Assembly: GCA_001770415.1 (NCBI GenBank)
Contig: MEQX01000003.1
Coordinates: forward strand, 8,442 to 72,441
Direction: 5' to 3'
Length of the DNA stretch: 64,000 bases
Source: Betaproteobacteria bacterium RIFCSPLOWO2_02_FULL_63_19
GTDB lineage: Bacteria; Pseudomonadota; Gammaproteobacteria; Burkholderiales; SG8-39
In this document: positions 1 through 10,122 of the stretch, piece by piece
Layout of the letters: the number at the start of each line of letters is the position of its first letter
How positions within the stretch are numbered: the stretch's first letter is position 1
Program-made: the position numbers and the translations under genes
The notes under the pieces: generated by a model
Databases searched by the model: none
What the model was told of the DNA's origin: nothing
What the model saw: the letters and a program-made list of their open reading frames with translations, nothing else

Positions 1-351
1 GTGGTCGTCGTCGTGCTCACGCTCGCCGCGATATCGATCCTCTCGCAAAAGCTGGGTTTCGAACGGGGGCTGTCGATCGGGCTGTTCCCGATCATCATTC
101 TGGCGATGACCATCGAACGCATGTCGATCGTCTGGGAAGAGCGCGGCGCGCTGGAGTCGGTGCAGCAGGCGCTCGGGAGCCTGGTGGTCGGAGCGCTGTG
201 CTACATGGTTATGAAGTTGGCGCTGGTTGAACACCTGGCATTCGTATTTCCGGAACTGTTGCTGGTGCTGCTCGCGATGATACTGCTGCTGGGCCGCTAC
301 TCGGGCTACCGATTGACGGAGTTGAGGCGTTTCAGGGAACTCGCCCGATGA
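1..351 (+). CDS. C-terminal fragment of a polytopic membrane protein (7-TM region of the transglutaminase-like family usually found beside RimK-type ligases); 5' end lies outside the window
   Basis: The frame-1 ORF is open at the window edge. It is strongly hydrophobic (LAAISILS, LFPIIILAM, LLLVLLAMILLLG). Its stop overlaps the next start (ATGA at 348-351). The family assignment is from memory of the usual gene neighbourhood. Confidence 0.5.
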   Translation: MVVVVLTLAAISILSQKLGFERGLSIGLFPIIILAMTIERMSIVWEERGALESVQQALGSLVVGALCYMVMKLALVEHLAFVFPELLLVLLAMILLLGRYSGYRLTELRRFRELAR

Positions 352-1304
352 TGGGGCTCCTTGGCGTGGCACGGACGCTGCGCGAGCGCGGCGTGATGGG
401 CATCAACGAGCGCAATGCCGAGTTCAACCTGGTCTACAACGAGCGCGCTCGCTACCCCCTGGTGGACGACAAGCTGCTCACCAAGGAACTCGCAACGAAG
501 GCGGGCGCGGCCGTGCCCAGGCTCTACGGCGTGATCGAGATCCAGCATCAGGTCGAAACGCTTGCGGCGCTGCTGGCGGATTACCAGGATTTCGTGATCA
601 AGCCGGCGCGCGGTAGCCAGGGCGACGGTATCGTGGTGGTCGTCGGGCGCTCCAGGAACAGCTACCGGCTGGCCGACGGCGCCCTGATGGAGCAGGCGGA
701 ACTCGAATTCCACGTCTCCAACATCCTCAGCGGCATCTTCAGCCTGGGGGAGCAGATCGACCGCGCGATGATCGAATACCGCGTGAACTTCGATCCGGTG
801 TTCGAGCGCATCACCTACCGCGGCGTGCCCGATATACGCATCATTGTGTTTGTCGGCGTTCCGGTAATGGCGATGGTGCGTCTGCCGACGCGCGCTGCCA
901 AGGGCAAGGCCAACCTGCACCAGGGTGCAATAGGATCAGGGGTGGACATTGCCACCGGGTGCACGCTCACCGCGGTATGGCGCGATCAAATAGTGACCGA
1001 GCACCCGGATACCGGCAACCCGGTGCAGGGCGTGCAGATTCCGCATTGGGACCGGCTGCTGGAGATCGCGGCGCAGAGTTACGAACTCACGGGCCTGGGG
1101 TATCTGGGCATTGATATCGTGCTCGATCGCGGTCTGGGTCCGCTCATTCTGGAGCTGAATGCGCGCCCCGGCCTCAACATCCAGATCGCCAACCGGGCCG
1201 GACTGCGTGCGCGCCTGGACGCGGTGCTGGCTCATCGCGCGCGGCTCGTGTCGATTGCAGACCGGGTCGCCTTCGCGCGCGAGCGCTTTGCGGCGGTTGC
1301 GTAG
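348..1304 (+). CDS. alpha-L-glutamate ligase-like (RimK-related) ATP-grasp protein
   Basis: 318-aa ORF. The N-terminus MGINERNAEFNLVYNERARYPLVDDKL and ATP-grasp-like motifs (FVIKPARGSQGDGI, LGIDIVLD, ILELNARPGL) are typical of this family. It is translationally coupled to the upstream membrane protein. Confidence 0.75.
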   Translation: MMGLLGVARTLRERGVMGINERNAEFNLVYNERARYPLVDDKLLTKELATKAGAAVPRLYGVIEIQHQVETLAALLADYQDFVIKPARGSQGDGIVVVVGRSRNSYRLADGALMEQAELEFHVSNILSGIFSLGEQIDRAMIEYRVNFDPVFERITYRGVPDIRIIVFVGVPVMAMVRLPTRAAKGKANLHQGAIGSGVDIATGCTLTAVWRDQIVTEHPDTGNPVQGVQIPHWDRLLEIAAQSYELTGLGYLGIDIVLDRGLGPLILELNARPGLNIQIANRAGLRARLDAVLAHRARLVSIADRVAFARERFAAVA

Positions 1305-1331
1305 CGCACGACGGTGCCGGACGCTCCGAAG

Positions 1332-2219
1332 CTAGAGGGATCCGGTCGTGTCGTCGAAGAGTTCGTCCACCTCGAGGCGGCGAGCGAGCAATCCTTGTTC
1401 GAAAGCGTATTCGATGGCGATCGTCAAGCTCGGTCGCAGCGCGTCGATGCCGAAGGGCAGCAGGTCGAGGTCCCCTTCGTCGGCAGGTGCGCCGGTTTGT
1501 CTGGATTCCCACAGCAGGCGGTAGATTTCCCGGATGATTTCCGGATTTGACCGAGACAACGACTCGCTGACCACGACCAGATGATTGATCGGCACGGCGC
1601 CATTGCGCCGGCACCAATCCCGAGCGGCTGCGTCAGGGTCCCTGATCAGTGGCTTCAGCGGTGAATCCTCCGGCACGGGCGCGCCGGCGACGGCCGCGTC
1701 GAGTTCACCGTCTCGGAGCATGGCGAGAAGTTCCTTGCCGGCCGGCGCACGTTCGGCGGTCGGCGGATCACGGTATTCCGCCACGTGCGCATCCTCGAAG
1801 GTGATCCAGTGAACGCGGTCCAGGTCGAGTTTGTAATCGTGCGCGAGAAAGCCGCGTATCCAGGTCGCCGTCGTGACCGAGTAGGACCGGATGCCCACGC
1901 GGCGCGAGGCAAGATCGGCAGGCGCCAGATCGCCACGCGTCGCGTTGTACACGAGATACTGATGCTGATGGCGCCCAAGCACGGTGGCCGGAACGAGCAC
2001 CAGCGGCGCACCCAGCGCTTTCGCCTGGAGAAAGGTGACGATCGCGAGTTCCGCGACATCGAAGGCCTGCTCGCGCACTACCCGTTTGAATGCGCGGTTC
2101 GGGACCTTTTCGTCGGCGAAATCCAGCACGACCCGCGTCGACCGGATCTCGCCATTCTTGAGCGCCCGGGTCCCCGGGTAATCCCCGAGCAGCACGCGCA
2201 GCTTCTCAAACTCACTCAT
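1332..2219 (-). CDS. PBP-fold NMT1-family protein, 4,5-dihydroxyphthalate-decarboxylase-like, no signal peptide
   Basis: The ORF is trimmed to the internal ATG (MSEFEKLRVLLGDYPGTRAL...). The pattern GDY.GTRAL..G, FDVAEL, DL..RRVG.RSY..T...W.RG.L and L..GELDA matches my memory of the PhtD/NMT1-like family. Confidence 0.5.
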   Translation of the reverse strand: MSEFEKLRVLLGDYPGTRALKNGEIRSTRVVLDFADEKVPNRAFKRVVREQAFDVAELAIVTFLQAKALGAPLVLVPATVLGRHQHQYLVYNATRGDLAPADLASRRVGIRSYSVTTATWIRGFLAHDYKLDLDRVHWITFEDAHVAEYRDPPTAERAPAGKELLAMLRDGELDAAVAGAPVPEDSPLKPLIRDPDAAARDWCRRNGAVPINHLVVVSESLSRSNPEIIREIYRLLWESRQTGAPADEGDLDLLPFGIDALRPSLTIAIEYAFEQGLLARRLEVDELFDDTTGSL

Positions 2220-2457
2220 TGGCGTCGTTCCAGTCGATAGGTTCTCGTCTACGGCGGCTCCATGGTATCCGCCCGAGGCGAACTTTGCTCGCCCGGTTCG
2301 ACGTGCATCGCGCAAGACGGATCCGCAAGCCGGATCTCGTCCGCGACCTGCTCCAGCCGAGCGAAGACGATTCGACGACTTGGTAGCGGTTGCACAGCCG
2401 ATTACCGGTCTGTTAAGGTGCGCGACAAATTGCCAACGCTGTGCGCTCGTCTAACCG

Positions 2458-2925
2458 ATGGCCATGAAGATACGGAATCAGACCGATTTTGCTACCGGAG
2501 TGCTGTATGTCGTTCTCGGCGGCTTCGCCGCGTTCATTGCCAGCGGCTACACGATGGGCACCGCGGCCGACATGGGAACCGGATTCTTTCCCTTCTGGCT
2601 GGGGGTGATCCTGGCGGCAATCGGCTTGGCGATTTGTGGCTCATCGGTCGCCTCGGGTGCCCCCATGGAAACCCTGTCTTCCTGGGATTGGAAGGCGCTG
2701 GGGTGGATCTGCGTGTCGATTCTGGCCTTTGCGCTGCTGTTCGAAGCGGCAGGAATGGTGCTTTCGATCTTTGTACTGGTCTTCGTTTCGTCGGTGGCCA
2801 GCCGCAAGTTCCGCTGGCAGGGCGCCATTGCCAACGCCTTCGTTCTTAACGTCATTTGTTACGGTGCCTTCGTCCGGCTTCTGAATATTCCGCTGCGCGT
2901 CTGGCCGGATCCGTGGTTTTGGTGA
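2458..2925 (+). CDS. tctB: tripartite tricarboxylate transporter small membrane subunit TctB
   Basis: 155-aa protein with 4 TM segments. It begins MKIRNQTDFATGVLYVVLGG (typical TctB start) and lies directly upstream of tctA. Confidence 0.75.
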   Translation: MAMKIRNQTDFATGVLYVVLGGFAAFIASGYTMGTAADMGTGFFPFWLGVILAAIGLAICGSSVASGAPMETLSSWDWKALGWICVSILAFALLFEAAGMVLSIFVLVFVSSVASRKFRWQGAIANAFVLNVICYGAFVRLLNIPLRVWPDPWFW

Positions 2926-2948
2926 AAATCCCGTAACAGCGGTTGAGC

Positions 2949-4448
2949 ATGGAGCTACTGCACAATCTGGAGACAGGTTTCGTTGCCGCGTTGACGCTGC
3001 AGAACCTGCTCTACTGTTTCGTGGGCTGTTTCCTCGGTACGTTGATTGGCGTGCTGCCGGGCCTCGGCCCCGTCGCGACGATCGCGATGTTGCTGCCCGT
3101 CACCTACACGCTGCCGCCGACAGCGGCCTTGATCATGCTGGCCGGAATCTATTATGGCGCGCAATACGGAGGATCGACGACGGCGATTCTGATCAATCTT
3201 CCCGGGGAATCGTCGTCGGTGGTGACCGCGATTGACGGTTACCAGATGGCCCGAAACGGGCGTGCGGGCGTCGCATTGTTCACGGCCGGCGCGGGCTCGT
3301 TCGTCGCGGGGTGCATCGGCGTACTGATTCTGGCGGGATTTGCCGTTCCATTGGTTGACGTGGCGTTTGAGTTCGGGCCGACGGAATACGCAGCGCTGAT
3401 GACTCTGGGTCTGGTCGGGGCGACGATCCTGTCATCGGGTTCGCTTCTGAAGGCCATAGGCATGGTCATTATCGGCCTGTTGCTCGGTCTGGTCGGAACC
3501 GATACCAACGGCGCGCCACGCTATTCGTTCGGCATCGACGAACTCTCCGACGGCATCGGCTTCGTGGCGATCGCGATGGGGGTTTTCGGTGTGGCGGAGA
3601 TCATCAGAAACGTGGAAAAGGACGAATCGCGGTCGTCGTCCGTTTCGAAAATCACAAGTATGTGGCCGACGCGCGCCGACATCGGCAGAATGGTGCCCGC
3701 GGTCCTGAGGGGCACGGCGATCGGCGCCTTCTTCGGGATCCTGCCCGGCGCCGGTGCCGCCGTTGCATCGTTCAGTTCTTATGCGATGGAGAAGAAGATC
3801 AGCAGCCGCCCCGAAGAGTTCGGGCACGGCGCTATCGAGGGGGTGGCGGGTCCCGAAGCGGCCAACAACGCTGCCGCGCAAACGGCGTTCATTCCTTTGT
3901 TGACCCTCGGACTTCCCGCAAGCGCCACGATGGCGATGATGCTCGGCGCGATGACCATCCACGACATTCAACCGGGACCCCAGGTGATGGCTTCGGATCC
4001 GGCGCTGTTCTGGGGCCTGATCGTCTCCATGTGGATCGGCAACCTGATCCTGATCGTATTGAACCTGCCAATGATCGGAATGTGGGTGAAGCTTCTCGCC
4101 GTGCCGTACCGGGCCCTCTACCCGGCCATTCTGGTCTTCTGCTCGATCGGCGTCTATACCGTTTCCAACTCCGATTTCGACATCTATCTCGTTTGCCTGT
4201 TCGGCGCCGTGGGGTACCTGTTTTCGAAATTGAACTGCGAGCCTGCGCCGCTGTTGTTGGGATTTGTCCTCGGGCCGCTGATGGAGGAGAACTTCCGCCG
4301 CGCTCTGCTGCTTTCCGACGGCGACTTCAGCGTCTTCCTCACGCGTCCGATACCGCTGGTTCTGCTTGTCATTACCGGCGCGCTGCTGGCCTCGATTCTT
4401 TTGCCGGCATTCCGGAGGACAAGGGAAAAGGCATTCGTCGAGAATTGA
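2949..4448 (+). CDS. tctA: tripartite tricarboxylate transporter permease TctA
   Basis: Roughly 500-aa polytopic protein. The N-terminus [11 protein letters not shown] and the motifs [23 protein letters not shown] and [10 protein letters not shown] are characteristic of TctA. I chose the ATG at 2949 rather than the TTG at 2943. Confidence 0.9.
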   Translation: MELLHNLETGFVAALTLQNLLYCFVGCFLGTLIGVLPGLGPVATIAMLLPVTYTLPPTAALIMLAGIYYGAQYGGSTTAILINLPGESSSVVTAIDGYQMARNGRAGVALFTAGAGSFVAGCIGVLILAGFAVPLVDVAFEFGPTEYAALMTLGLVGATILSSGSLLKAIGMVIIGLLLGLVGTDTNGAPRYSFGIDELSDGIGFVAIAMGVFGVAEIIRNVEKDESRSSSVSKITSMWPTRADIGRMVPAVLRGTAIGAFFGILPGAGAAVASFSSYAMEKKISSRPEEFGHGAIEGVAGPEAANNAAAQTAFIPLLTLGLPASATMAMMLGAMTIHDIQPGPQVMASDPALFWGLIVSMWIGNLILIVLNLPMIGMWVKLLAVPYRALYPAILVFCSIGVYTVSNSDFDIYLVCLFGAVGYLFSKLNCEPAPLLLGFVLGPLMEENFRRALLLSDGDFSVFLTRPIPLVLLVITGALLASILLPAFRRTREKAFVEN

Positions 4449-4458
4449 AACAGCGAGG

Positions 4459-4488
4459 AAAGCCACGTGGCGCACGCCACGCGGCTTT
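4459..4488. terminator. stem-loop between the convergent tctA and tctC genes (candidate bidirectional terminator)
   Basis: AAAGCCACGTGGCG-CA-CGCCACGCGGCTTT forms a 14-bp stem with one mismatch, flanked by A and T runs. It sits 10 nt after the tctA stop and 25 nt after the tctC stop. Confidence 0.4.
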
Positions 4489-4513
4489 GATGTCCGCTTG
4501 GGCGGCGGGCGAA

Positions 4514-5482
4514 TTACTTGCCCAGTTTTATACCGGCTTCGACGATCGTGGAACGCCAGTTCTCGATCTGGTCGCGCAGCCACCTGTCCAGTTCGGCAGC
4601 GGAACTGCCCACGGTCTGGAATGATTGCTTCTCGAAGCGGCTCTTGACTTCGGGCTGGTTGACGGCTTTTACGATTTCGGTGTTCAGCCGCGCGATGATT
4701 TCCGGCGGGGTTCTTGCCGGCGCGAAAAAGGCGACCCATTGCTCGCCGACGAATCCCGGCAGGGTTTCGGAAACAGTGGGCATGCCGGGTACCATGTCGC
4801 TGCGTTTGTCTGAGGTGATCGCCAGACCCCTGAGCCGTCCGCCTTTCAAGTAGGGTGTCACGGTCGGTATCGCGACGAACATGGCGTCGACCTGGCCTCC
4901 TGCCAGGTCCACGACCGCTGCTGCCCCTCCTTTGTAGGGCACCATCTTTATGTTGACCTTGGCCATCCGCTTGAACCGCTCCATGTACAGTCGCGCTGAC
5001 GAGCCCGGGCTCACCACCGCGAACTTGACCGATCCGGGCTTCTGTTTTGCGATATCAATCAGTTCCGCCACCGACTTTGCAGGGAAGTTGGCATTGACCA
5101 CCAGCATGGACGGTCCTTTGACGATCAGCGAAATGGGAGTCAGATCGTTCAGAGTGTCGTATTTCAATTTCTTGAAAAGCGACGGGTTGGTGGCGTGGCT
5201 GTCGAATACCGACAACAAGGTATAGCCATCGGGGGATGACTGCACCGCAGCCAATGTCCCGAGCGTTGCCCCCGCGCCGGGTTTGTTCTCGACCAGAACA
5301 TTCTGTCCGAGCGACTTCGTCAGTTCGGCCGCAACGAGTCGGGTGGTAATGTCGGCGAAGCCGCCGGGCCTGTTCGGGACAATCACTTTGATCGGCTTGG
5401 TCGGATAGGTCTGCGCGTAGGCAACGAGACTGCACAGGCCAACGACCGCGGCAAAGGCACACTTGAGCACGGCTTTCATCAT
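4514..5482 (-). CDS. tctC: Bug-family / TctC tripartite tricarboxylate transporter substrate-binding protein
   Basis: It has a signal peptide (MMKAVLKCAFAAVVGLCSLVAYAQ). Bug-family motifs are present: YPTKPIKVIVP..PGG, ENKPGAGA, PDGYTLL and VPYKG. The start is set at the ATG preceded by GGAGGAG. Confidence 0.85.
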   Translation of the reverse strand: MMKAVLKCAFAAVVGLCSLVAYAQTYPTKPIKVIVPNRPGGFADITTRLVAAELTKSLGQNVLVENKPGAGATLGTLAAVQSSPDGYTLLSVFDSHATNPSLFKKLKYDTLNDLTPISLIVKGPSMLVVNANFPAKSVAELIDIAKQKPGSVKFAVVSPGSSARLYMERFKRMAKVNIKMVPYKGGAAAVVDLAGGQVDAMFVAIPTVTPYLKGGRLRGLAITSDKRSDMVPGMPTVSETLPGFVGEQWVAFFAPARTPPEIIARLNTEIVKAVNQPEVKSRFEKQSFQTVGSSAAELDRWLRDQIENWRSTIVEAGIKLGK

Positions 5483-5723
5483 CGGCTTCTCCTCCACTAG
5501 TTGCTAAATTGACTGCTTATCCTCGGCTGGCAATAACTTTACCAAGATAAGGTCCGGCGCGTTGGACCCCGTTCCCCGCAACATCGACATCGCGGCCCTA
5601 CGGAGGCGCGACAGGCATGCACAATCCGATTCCGCTGCAGGATCGCCGAATTCTAAGCGCATTGGCCGGGATGCGACGTGCCACGCTGCGAAATGGCGCC
5701 GGATCGGCTGGGAAGGCGCCTTG

Positions 5724-6518
5724 TCATTTAGCAACCAATTCCTGGCGTCTTTGCGCCGCGTCCAGAAAATCCCGCATCACCGGGGTGGAGTCCAGCAGCT
5801 CCGGGTCTGACGAATGGAATTCGGGGTGCCACTGGAACCCGGTGACATAATTCTCACCTTTCATCCTGATCGCCTCGATAATGCCGTCGGCCGGGGACCG
5901 CGCCTCGACGATGAGGTCGTTGCCGAGTTTGTCGATCGCCTGGTGATGGATGCTGATCACGCGCCTGTGCGCAGTGTCGTCATAGAGACAGTCCAGCCGC
6001 GTGTCCGGGGTGAAAACGATCTCATGCGAATTCTCATCGTACAGTTCGCGGTTCAGATGGCGAATCGCGTCCGGGCGCTTGAATTCAATGTCCTGGTGCA
6101 GTGTGCCGCCCAGTGCAATATTGATTAGCTGGGCGCCGCGGCAGATGCCGAGCACGGGTTTGTTCTGGATCACGAATTCCCAGAACAGTTCGATCTCGTA
6201 GCGATCGCGCAGGCGGTCGCCGGCCCACTCGGGTCGCAACGGCTCCTCACCGTAGCTTTGAGGACTGATGTCCGCGCCTCCCTGGAGCACCAGGCCGTCG
6301 AACGCTTCGACCACGTCGTGGATCCGGATGCTGGAGCGTTGCAGTTCCGCTGACGAGCTGAGCGCAGGAATCATGAACACGAGCGCTCCATGGTACATGA
6401 TCCAGTGCGCCACGGACTGTTCCAGGTACTGAAGCACCTTGTTCCTGAATCCCAGTTCCACGGGCGGTGCGTGCATCAGGCGCGCTGAAAGCCCGATGCG
6501 CAGGGCGCGTTTGCGCAT
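5724..6518 (-). CDS. class-I glutamine amidotransferase / peptidase C26 (gamma-glutamyl-GABA hydrolase family)
   Basis: Contains the nucleophile elbow GICRGAQLIN and the C-terminal QWHPE motif typical of the PuuD/C26 family. It starts 1 nt after the ybdK stop. Confidence 0.8.
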   Translation of the reverse strand: MRKRALRIGLSARLMHAPPVELGFRNKVLQYLEQSVAHWIMYHGALVFMIPALSSSAELQRSSIRIHDVVEAFDGLVLQGGADISPQSYGEEPLRPEWAGDRLRDRYEIELFWEFVIQNKPVLGICRGAQLINIALGGTLHQDIEFKRPDAIRHLNRELYDENSHEIVFTPDTRLDCLYDDTAHRRVISIHHQAIDKLGNDLIVEARSPADGIIEAIRMKGENYVTGFQWHPEFHSSDPELLDSTPVMRDFLDAAQRRQELVAK

Positions 6519-6519
6519 G

Positions 6520-7638
6520 CTACGTCCCGGTCGCCCAGTGCTCGCTCTGCAGTCGAACGACTTCGGGAAGCGATTTCTCCGCCGCGTAGCGCTCGCGTAT
6601 CCACTTGGCGTCGTTGCCGCGCGTCAGGGAGTCGCGAACGGCTCTGCACGCGTCATCAGCGCCCAGTTCGATCGCGTGCTGCTCGATGCGCGCCAGCGTA
6701 TCGTCGATGTCGTCGCTGATCGAGATCCGCTGGTGCGTGCGCGGCTCGACCAGTTGGCCGTCCAGGCCAAAGCGGCAGGCCTGGAAGCGGTTGAACGCAT
6801 AGACGAGATAGTCGTCCTCGTCGGGCCGCAGCTGCACCTCGACGAGCAGATAGCGCGCGATCGATTGAACGTATCCGGCCAGCGCGGCGGCCTTTTCGAC
6901 GGTGAGCGGCGTGTCGCAGATGCGGATCTCGATCGAGCCAAATTCGGGTTTAGGGCGGATGTCCCAGTAGAAATCCTTCATCGACTCGACCATGCCCGTT
7001 GCCGCCATCTTGTCGAAATAGCGCTCGAAATCGGCCCATGAAAGCAGGTACGGGGCCCGGCCGCTGAGAGGGAAGGAAAGCACCGAGTTCAAGCGCGCGG
7101 AATCGAAGCGGGTATCAATGCCCTGTACGATCGGCGAGGAGGCGGTGAGCGCGATGAATTGAGGGATGTATCGCGCAAACAGATGAAGGAGCCGGAGCGC
7201 CTCATCGGCTCCGGAGCAGCCTACGTGAACGTGCTGGCCGAATATCGTGAACTGCTTCGCAAGGTACCCGTACAGCTGCGACAGGTGTTGGAATCGCGGT
7301 GTGTCATAGATCTTGCGTTCGCCCCAGTGCTGGAACGGGTGGGTGCCGCCGCCTGCGACCGCGATATCCAGGAATCGCGCCGCATCGAGCACCGCTCCGC
7401 GAATCTCTCGCAGTTCGCGGAGCAGCGAGCCGTAACTCGGCTGCACGGAAGTACTGATCTCGATCATGCTGCTGGTCAGTTCCGGCTTGATTTCTCCGGC
7501 GTGAGCGCGCCGACCGGCTACGCGCAGGAGGTCGTCGGACGACGCGACGAGATCGTAGGTGGCGGTCGACAGCAGCTGCAGTTCAAGCTCCACTCCAATG
7601 GTGAGTGGCTTGGACTGGGAAAAGGTCTCAAGCGGCAT
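6520..7638 (-). CDS. ybdK: carboxylate-amine ligase YbdK (glutamate-cysteine ligase family 2)
   Basis: 372-aa protein. The motifs TIGVELELQL, ELTSSMIEI.T, GTHPF and IRPKPEFGSIEIRICD are typical of GCS2/YbdK. Confidence 0.85.
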   Translation of the reverse strand: MPLETFSQSKPLTIGVELELQLLSTATYDLVASSDDLLRVAGRRAHAGEIKPELTSSMIEISTSVQPSYGSLLRELREIRGAVLDAARFLDIAVAGGGTHPFQHWGERKIYDTPRFQHLSQLYGYLAKQFTIFGQHVHVGCSGADEALRLLHLFARYIPQFIALTASSPIVQGIDTRFDSARLNSVLSFPLSGRAPYLLSWADFERYFDKMAATGMVESMKDFYWDIRPKPEFGSIEIRICDTPLTVEKAAALAGYVQSIARYLLVEVQLRPDEDDYLVYAFNRFQACRFGLDGQLVEPRTHQRISISDDIDDTLARIEQHAIELGADDACRAVRDSLTRGNDAKWIRERYAAEKSLPEVVRLQSEHWATGT

Positions 7639-7647
7639 GTCTCGTAC

Positions 7648-8862
7648 CTAGCGGTGGTGCTCGCCTGCGAGCTTGAGCGCGGCGAAGGTCATCACCGGGC
7701 CGGCCAGTTCGAGCACGACGATGGCGCCCAGCAGCGCAGACATCACGGACGCACCGAACTCCGGAAAAAGGGTCGCCGTGTCGAGCGTCAGCAGTAGCGC
7801 GACTCCGGACATCGGAGCCAGTGCGACGCCCAACGCGGCGGCCTGGCGCCAGCTCGCTCCGCTGGGTCTGGCAATGGCGGTGACGCCGACGATTTTGGCC
7901 AGCACGCGGCCGCAAACAAGGGCTGCTGCGACGGCGGCGCCGCGTGCCAATTGATCCATCGGAATCGACATGCCGCTGACGACGAACATGACGATGATGA
8001 GAACCGCGCCGGCGGATCCGAAATGCGGGGGATACACCAGCGGCCGGCCGCGGATCTGCCGCACGACGATCCCCGCCAGCAGCAACGGCAGCAACGGAGG
8101 CACGCGAAGCATCGCCGAGACCGAAACCGTGAGCGCGATCATTCCGAGCAGAAGAAAGGACAACACCTCTTCGTGGTCGCCCAGCCATCTTTCGAGGCGG
8201 CGAAACACGAGGGCAAACCCGGCCCCCGCGAGTACCGAACCGCAAAGCAGATAAGCCGGGTAGACCACGGCTTCAACCAGCGAGCCGCGGAATTCGTGAT
8301 GCAGCACGCCGACCATGAGGTTGACCCCCACGGCCGCGTAGATGGTGTTCAGGGCGGTGTGCAGCATCAGCCTTTCGGTGACCTGGCCCTGCGCGCGCAG
8401 TTCGGCGGCGATGCGCATCACCACCGAAGGCGAGGTGGCCATCGCGATGGTCGCCGCCGTCGCCGCGATCGCTTCGCGTGTGCCGAAATAACGCAATATC
8501 AGATATACCGTTGCGAAGCTTAGACTGGCCTCGAACAGGCTGGAGACCACCAGCCACCGATTGGTCATGAGCCAGCGCAGGTTTACCCGGGTGCCGAGTT
8601 CGAACAGCAGTATGCCCAGGGCAAGTTCGATGATCACCCGCCATTCGGTCGACGTGGAACCGCCGACGACCGCAAGCATTCCGGGGCCGGCGGCGAGACC
8701 GGTGAGAACGTAACCCGTCATTCGCGGCAGCCAGCCTGTCTTGGCGAACAGTTCACCGACAAGGACTGCGGCGATTAGCGCGACGGCCACCCACAGCGAT
8801 GGTGATGCTTGCAGCGGCCAGCTTGGAAGAAAACCGAATTGCGTTGCCAGCGCGGAGTTCAT
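7648..8862 (-). CDS. cation:proton antiporter (CPA2 / Kef-type membrane domain)
   Basis: 404-aa protein with about 12 TM segments and Na+/H+-exchanger-family character (LLFELGTRVNLR, ATSPSVV). No C-terminal KTN domain is present. Confidence 0.75.
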   Translation of the reverse strand: MNSALATQFGFLPSWPLQASPSLWVAVALIAAVLVGELFAKTGWLPRMTGYVLTGLAAGPGMLAVVGGSTSTEWRVIIELALGILLFELGTRVNLRWLMTNRWLVVSSLFEASLSFATVYLILRYFGTREAIAATAATIAMATSPSVVMRIAAELRAQGQVTERLMLHTALNTIYAAVGVNLMVGVLHHEFRGSLVEAVVYPAYLLCGSVLAGAGFALVFRRLERWLGDHEEVLSFLLLGMIALTVSVSAMLRVPPLLPLLLAGIVVRQIRGRPLVYPPHFGSAGAVLIIVMFVVSGMSIPMDQLARGAAVAAALVCGRVLAKIVGVTAIARPSGASWRQAAALGVALAPMSGVALLLTLDTATLFPEFGASVMSALLGAIVVLELAGPVMTFAALKLAGEHHR

Positions 8863-8919
8863 GGAGGTCGAGTAGGTCGTGGGTTCACCATAGCACGGGG
8901 CCGCCGTACCGCAACCCGC

Positions 8920-9993
8920 TCAGGGATGAGCATCCTCGCTGAACCACACGTCGGGCAGTTGCTCGCCGATCCCCGCGCTTCGGGCTTTCTCGAGGATCAG
9001 TGCGCCGACAGCGGCGAACTGCAGGCCGAGTCCGATGTTGTTTGCAAATGCGGTCGATTCATCAGCGCTCTGGCGTCCTTGCGCCATACCTGCAAGCAGC
9101 ATGCCCAGGTCCGGATAGGTGCTGAAGCGATTACCCTCGGCGTTCCACCATCCTGTTTCGTATTGTGACGCGACATTGGGAGTGCCGGGCATGACATTGT
9201 TCATCTGCTTTGCCTGATCGCGCGTGTGGATGACGACGCGCTGGCAGCGGTCCAGGACCGCCTGATCGAATTCCTGCGCTTTGATGCAACTTACGTGGAT
9301 ACCGGGCCTGACCCACTCCGGCTTGATTACCGGCACCAGCGACGAGGTCGAGGCCATGATGACGTCGGCTCCCTGCACGCAGCGCTCTGCCGAGTCGACG
9401 TCCACTATTTCCACCTGCGGATTCGCGGCGCGGGCCTCGGCCACGAACGCGCCTCTACTCTGCGCGCGCGGACTGTAGACCTGCACGCGCGTGAACGGGC
9501 GCACGGCAAGCGCGGCCATCAATTGCGCGCCCGCCTGCCAGCCAGTCCCTATCAGCGCCAGCGTGTGCGAGTCCTCACGCGCCATGTGCTTGAGTGCCAG
9601 CCCGTTTGCCGCACCGACCCGAAGGCGCTGTGCGACGCCATCCGGAAAGATCGCCAGCAACGCTCCTGTTTCGGTGCTGAACAGGAATACCAGGCCGACC
9701 CAGCGGCCGTCGGCGAGCGGTGTCTTCACGCGCCGCGGCATCCCCGCGATAACCGGGTGCGTAATGACGTCCGAGTTGATGCGCAGTGCCTGGATGCCGC
9801 GCGCGGGCCAGGTGCCGCCCATTTGTTTGAAAGCGTAGTAGCCGTCGGGATGCGCATTGGCGGAAATACTGTCGACGCGAGGCGACATCAGCGCCCGACC
9901 CGTGGCGAGGTCGCGATACATCGGCTCGAGTACCTCGAGGCAGTCGCGCATCGTGATCAGGTCCGCAATGGCTTCGTTGCTCAGTATCAGCAC
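8920..9993 (-). CDS. ornithine cyclodeaminase / mu-crystallin family protein
   Basis: 357-aa protein with a Rossmann-type LALIGTGWQAGAQL motif and overall OCD-family layout. Confidence 0.8.
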   Translation of the reverse strand: MLILSNEAIADLITMRDCLEVLEPMYRDLATGRALMSPRVDSISANAHPDGYYAFKQMGGTWPARGIQALRINSDVITHPVIAGMPRRVKTPLADGRWVGLVFLFSTETGALLAIFPDGVAQRLRVGAANGLALKHMAREDSHTLALIGTGWQAGAQLMAALAVRPFTRVQVYSPRAQSRGAFVAEARAANPQVEIVDVDSAERCVQGADVIMASTSSLVPVIKPEWVRPGIHVSCIKAQEFDQAVLDRCQRVVIHTRDQAKQMNNVMPGTPNVASQYETGWWNAEGNRFSTYPDLGMLLAGMAQGRQSADESTAFANNIGLGLQFAAVGALILEKARSAGIGEQLPDVWFSEDAHP

Positions 9994-10122
9994 GTCGCGC
10001 TCCGAATCGGTTGAGGTTCAACGTCGGGTGGCGCTCCGGCGCCGAAGTGCGCGCAGGACACCACCATGACCGGAGCGATTCTACGCGTTAAGCGAAGTAC
10101 GAGCGCGGCGTCGGATGCGCGA

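Noticed and set aside
3432-4739. A 435-aa minus-strand ORF, together with similar long ORFs at 17392-18465 (-), 24338-25615 (+), 27786-28853 (+), 42668-43789 (+) and 49641-50894 (-).
   Set aside because: All are antisense to genes with clear family signatures (tctA, the PDO-rhodanese fusion, the binding protein, nifJ, the kinase and the permeases). All are Arg/His/Gly/Asp-rich with low complexity, which is the expected stop-codon-poor shadow frame of GC-rich coding DNA.
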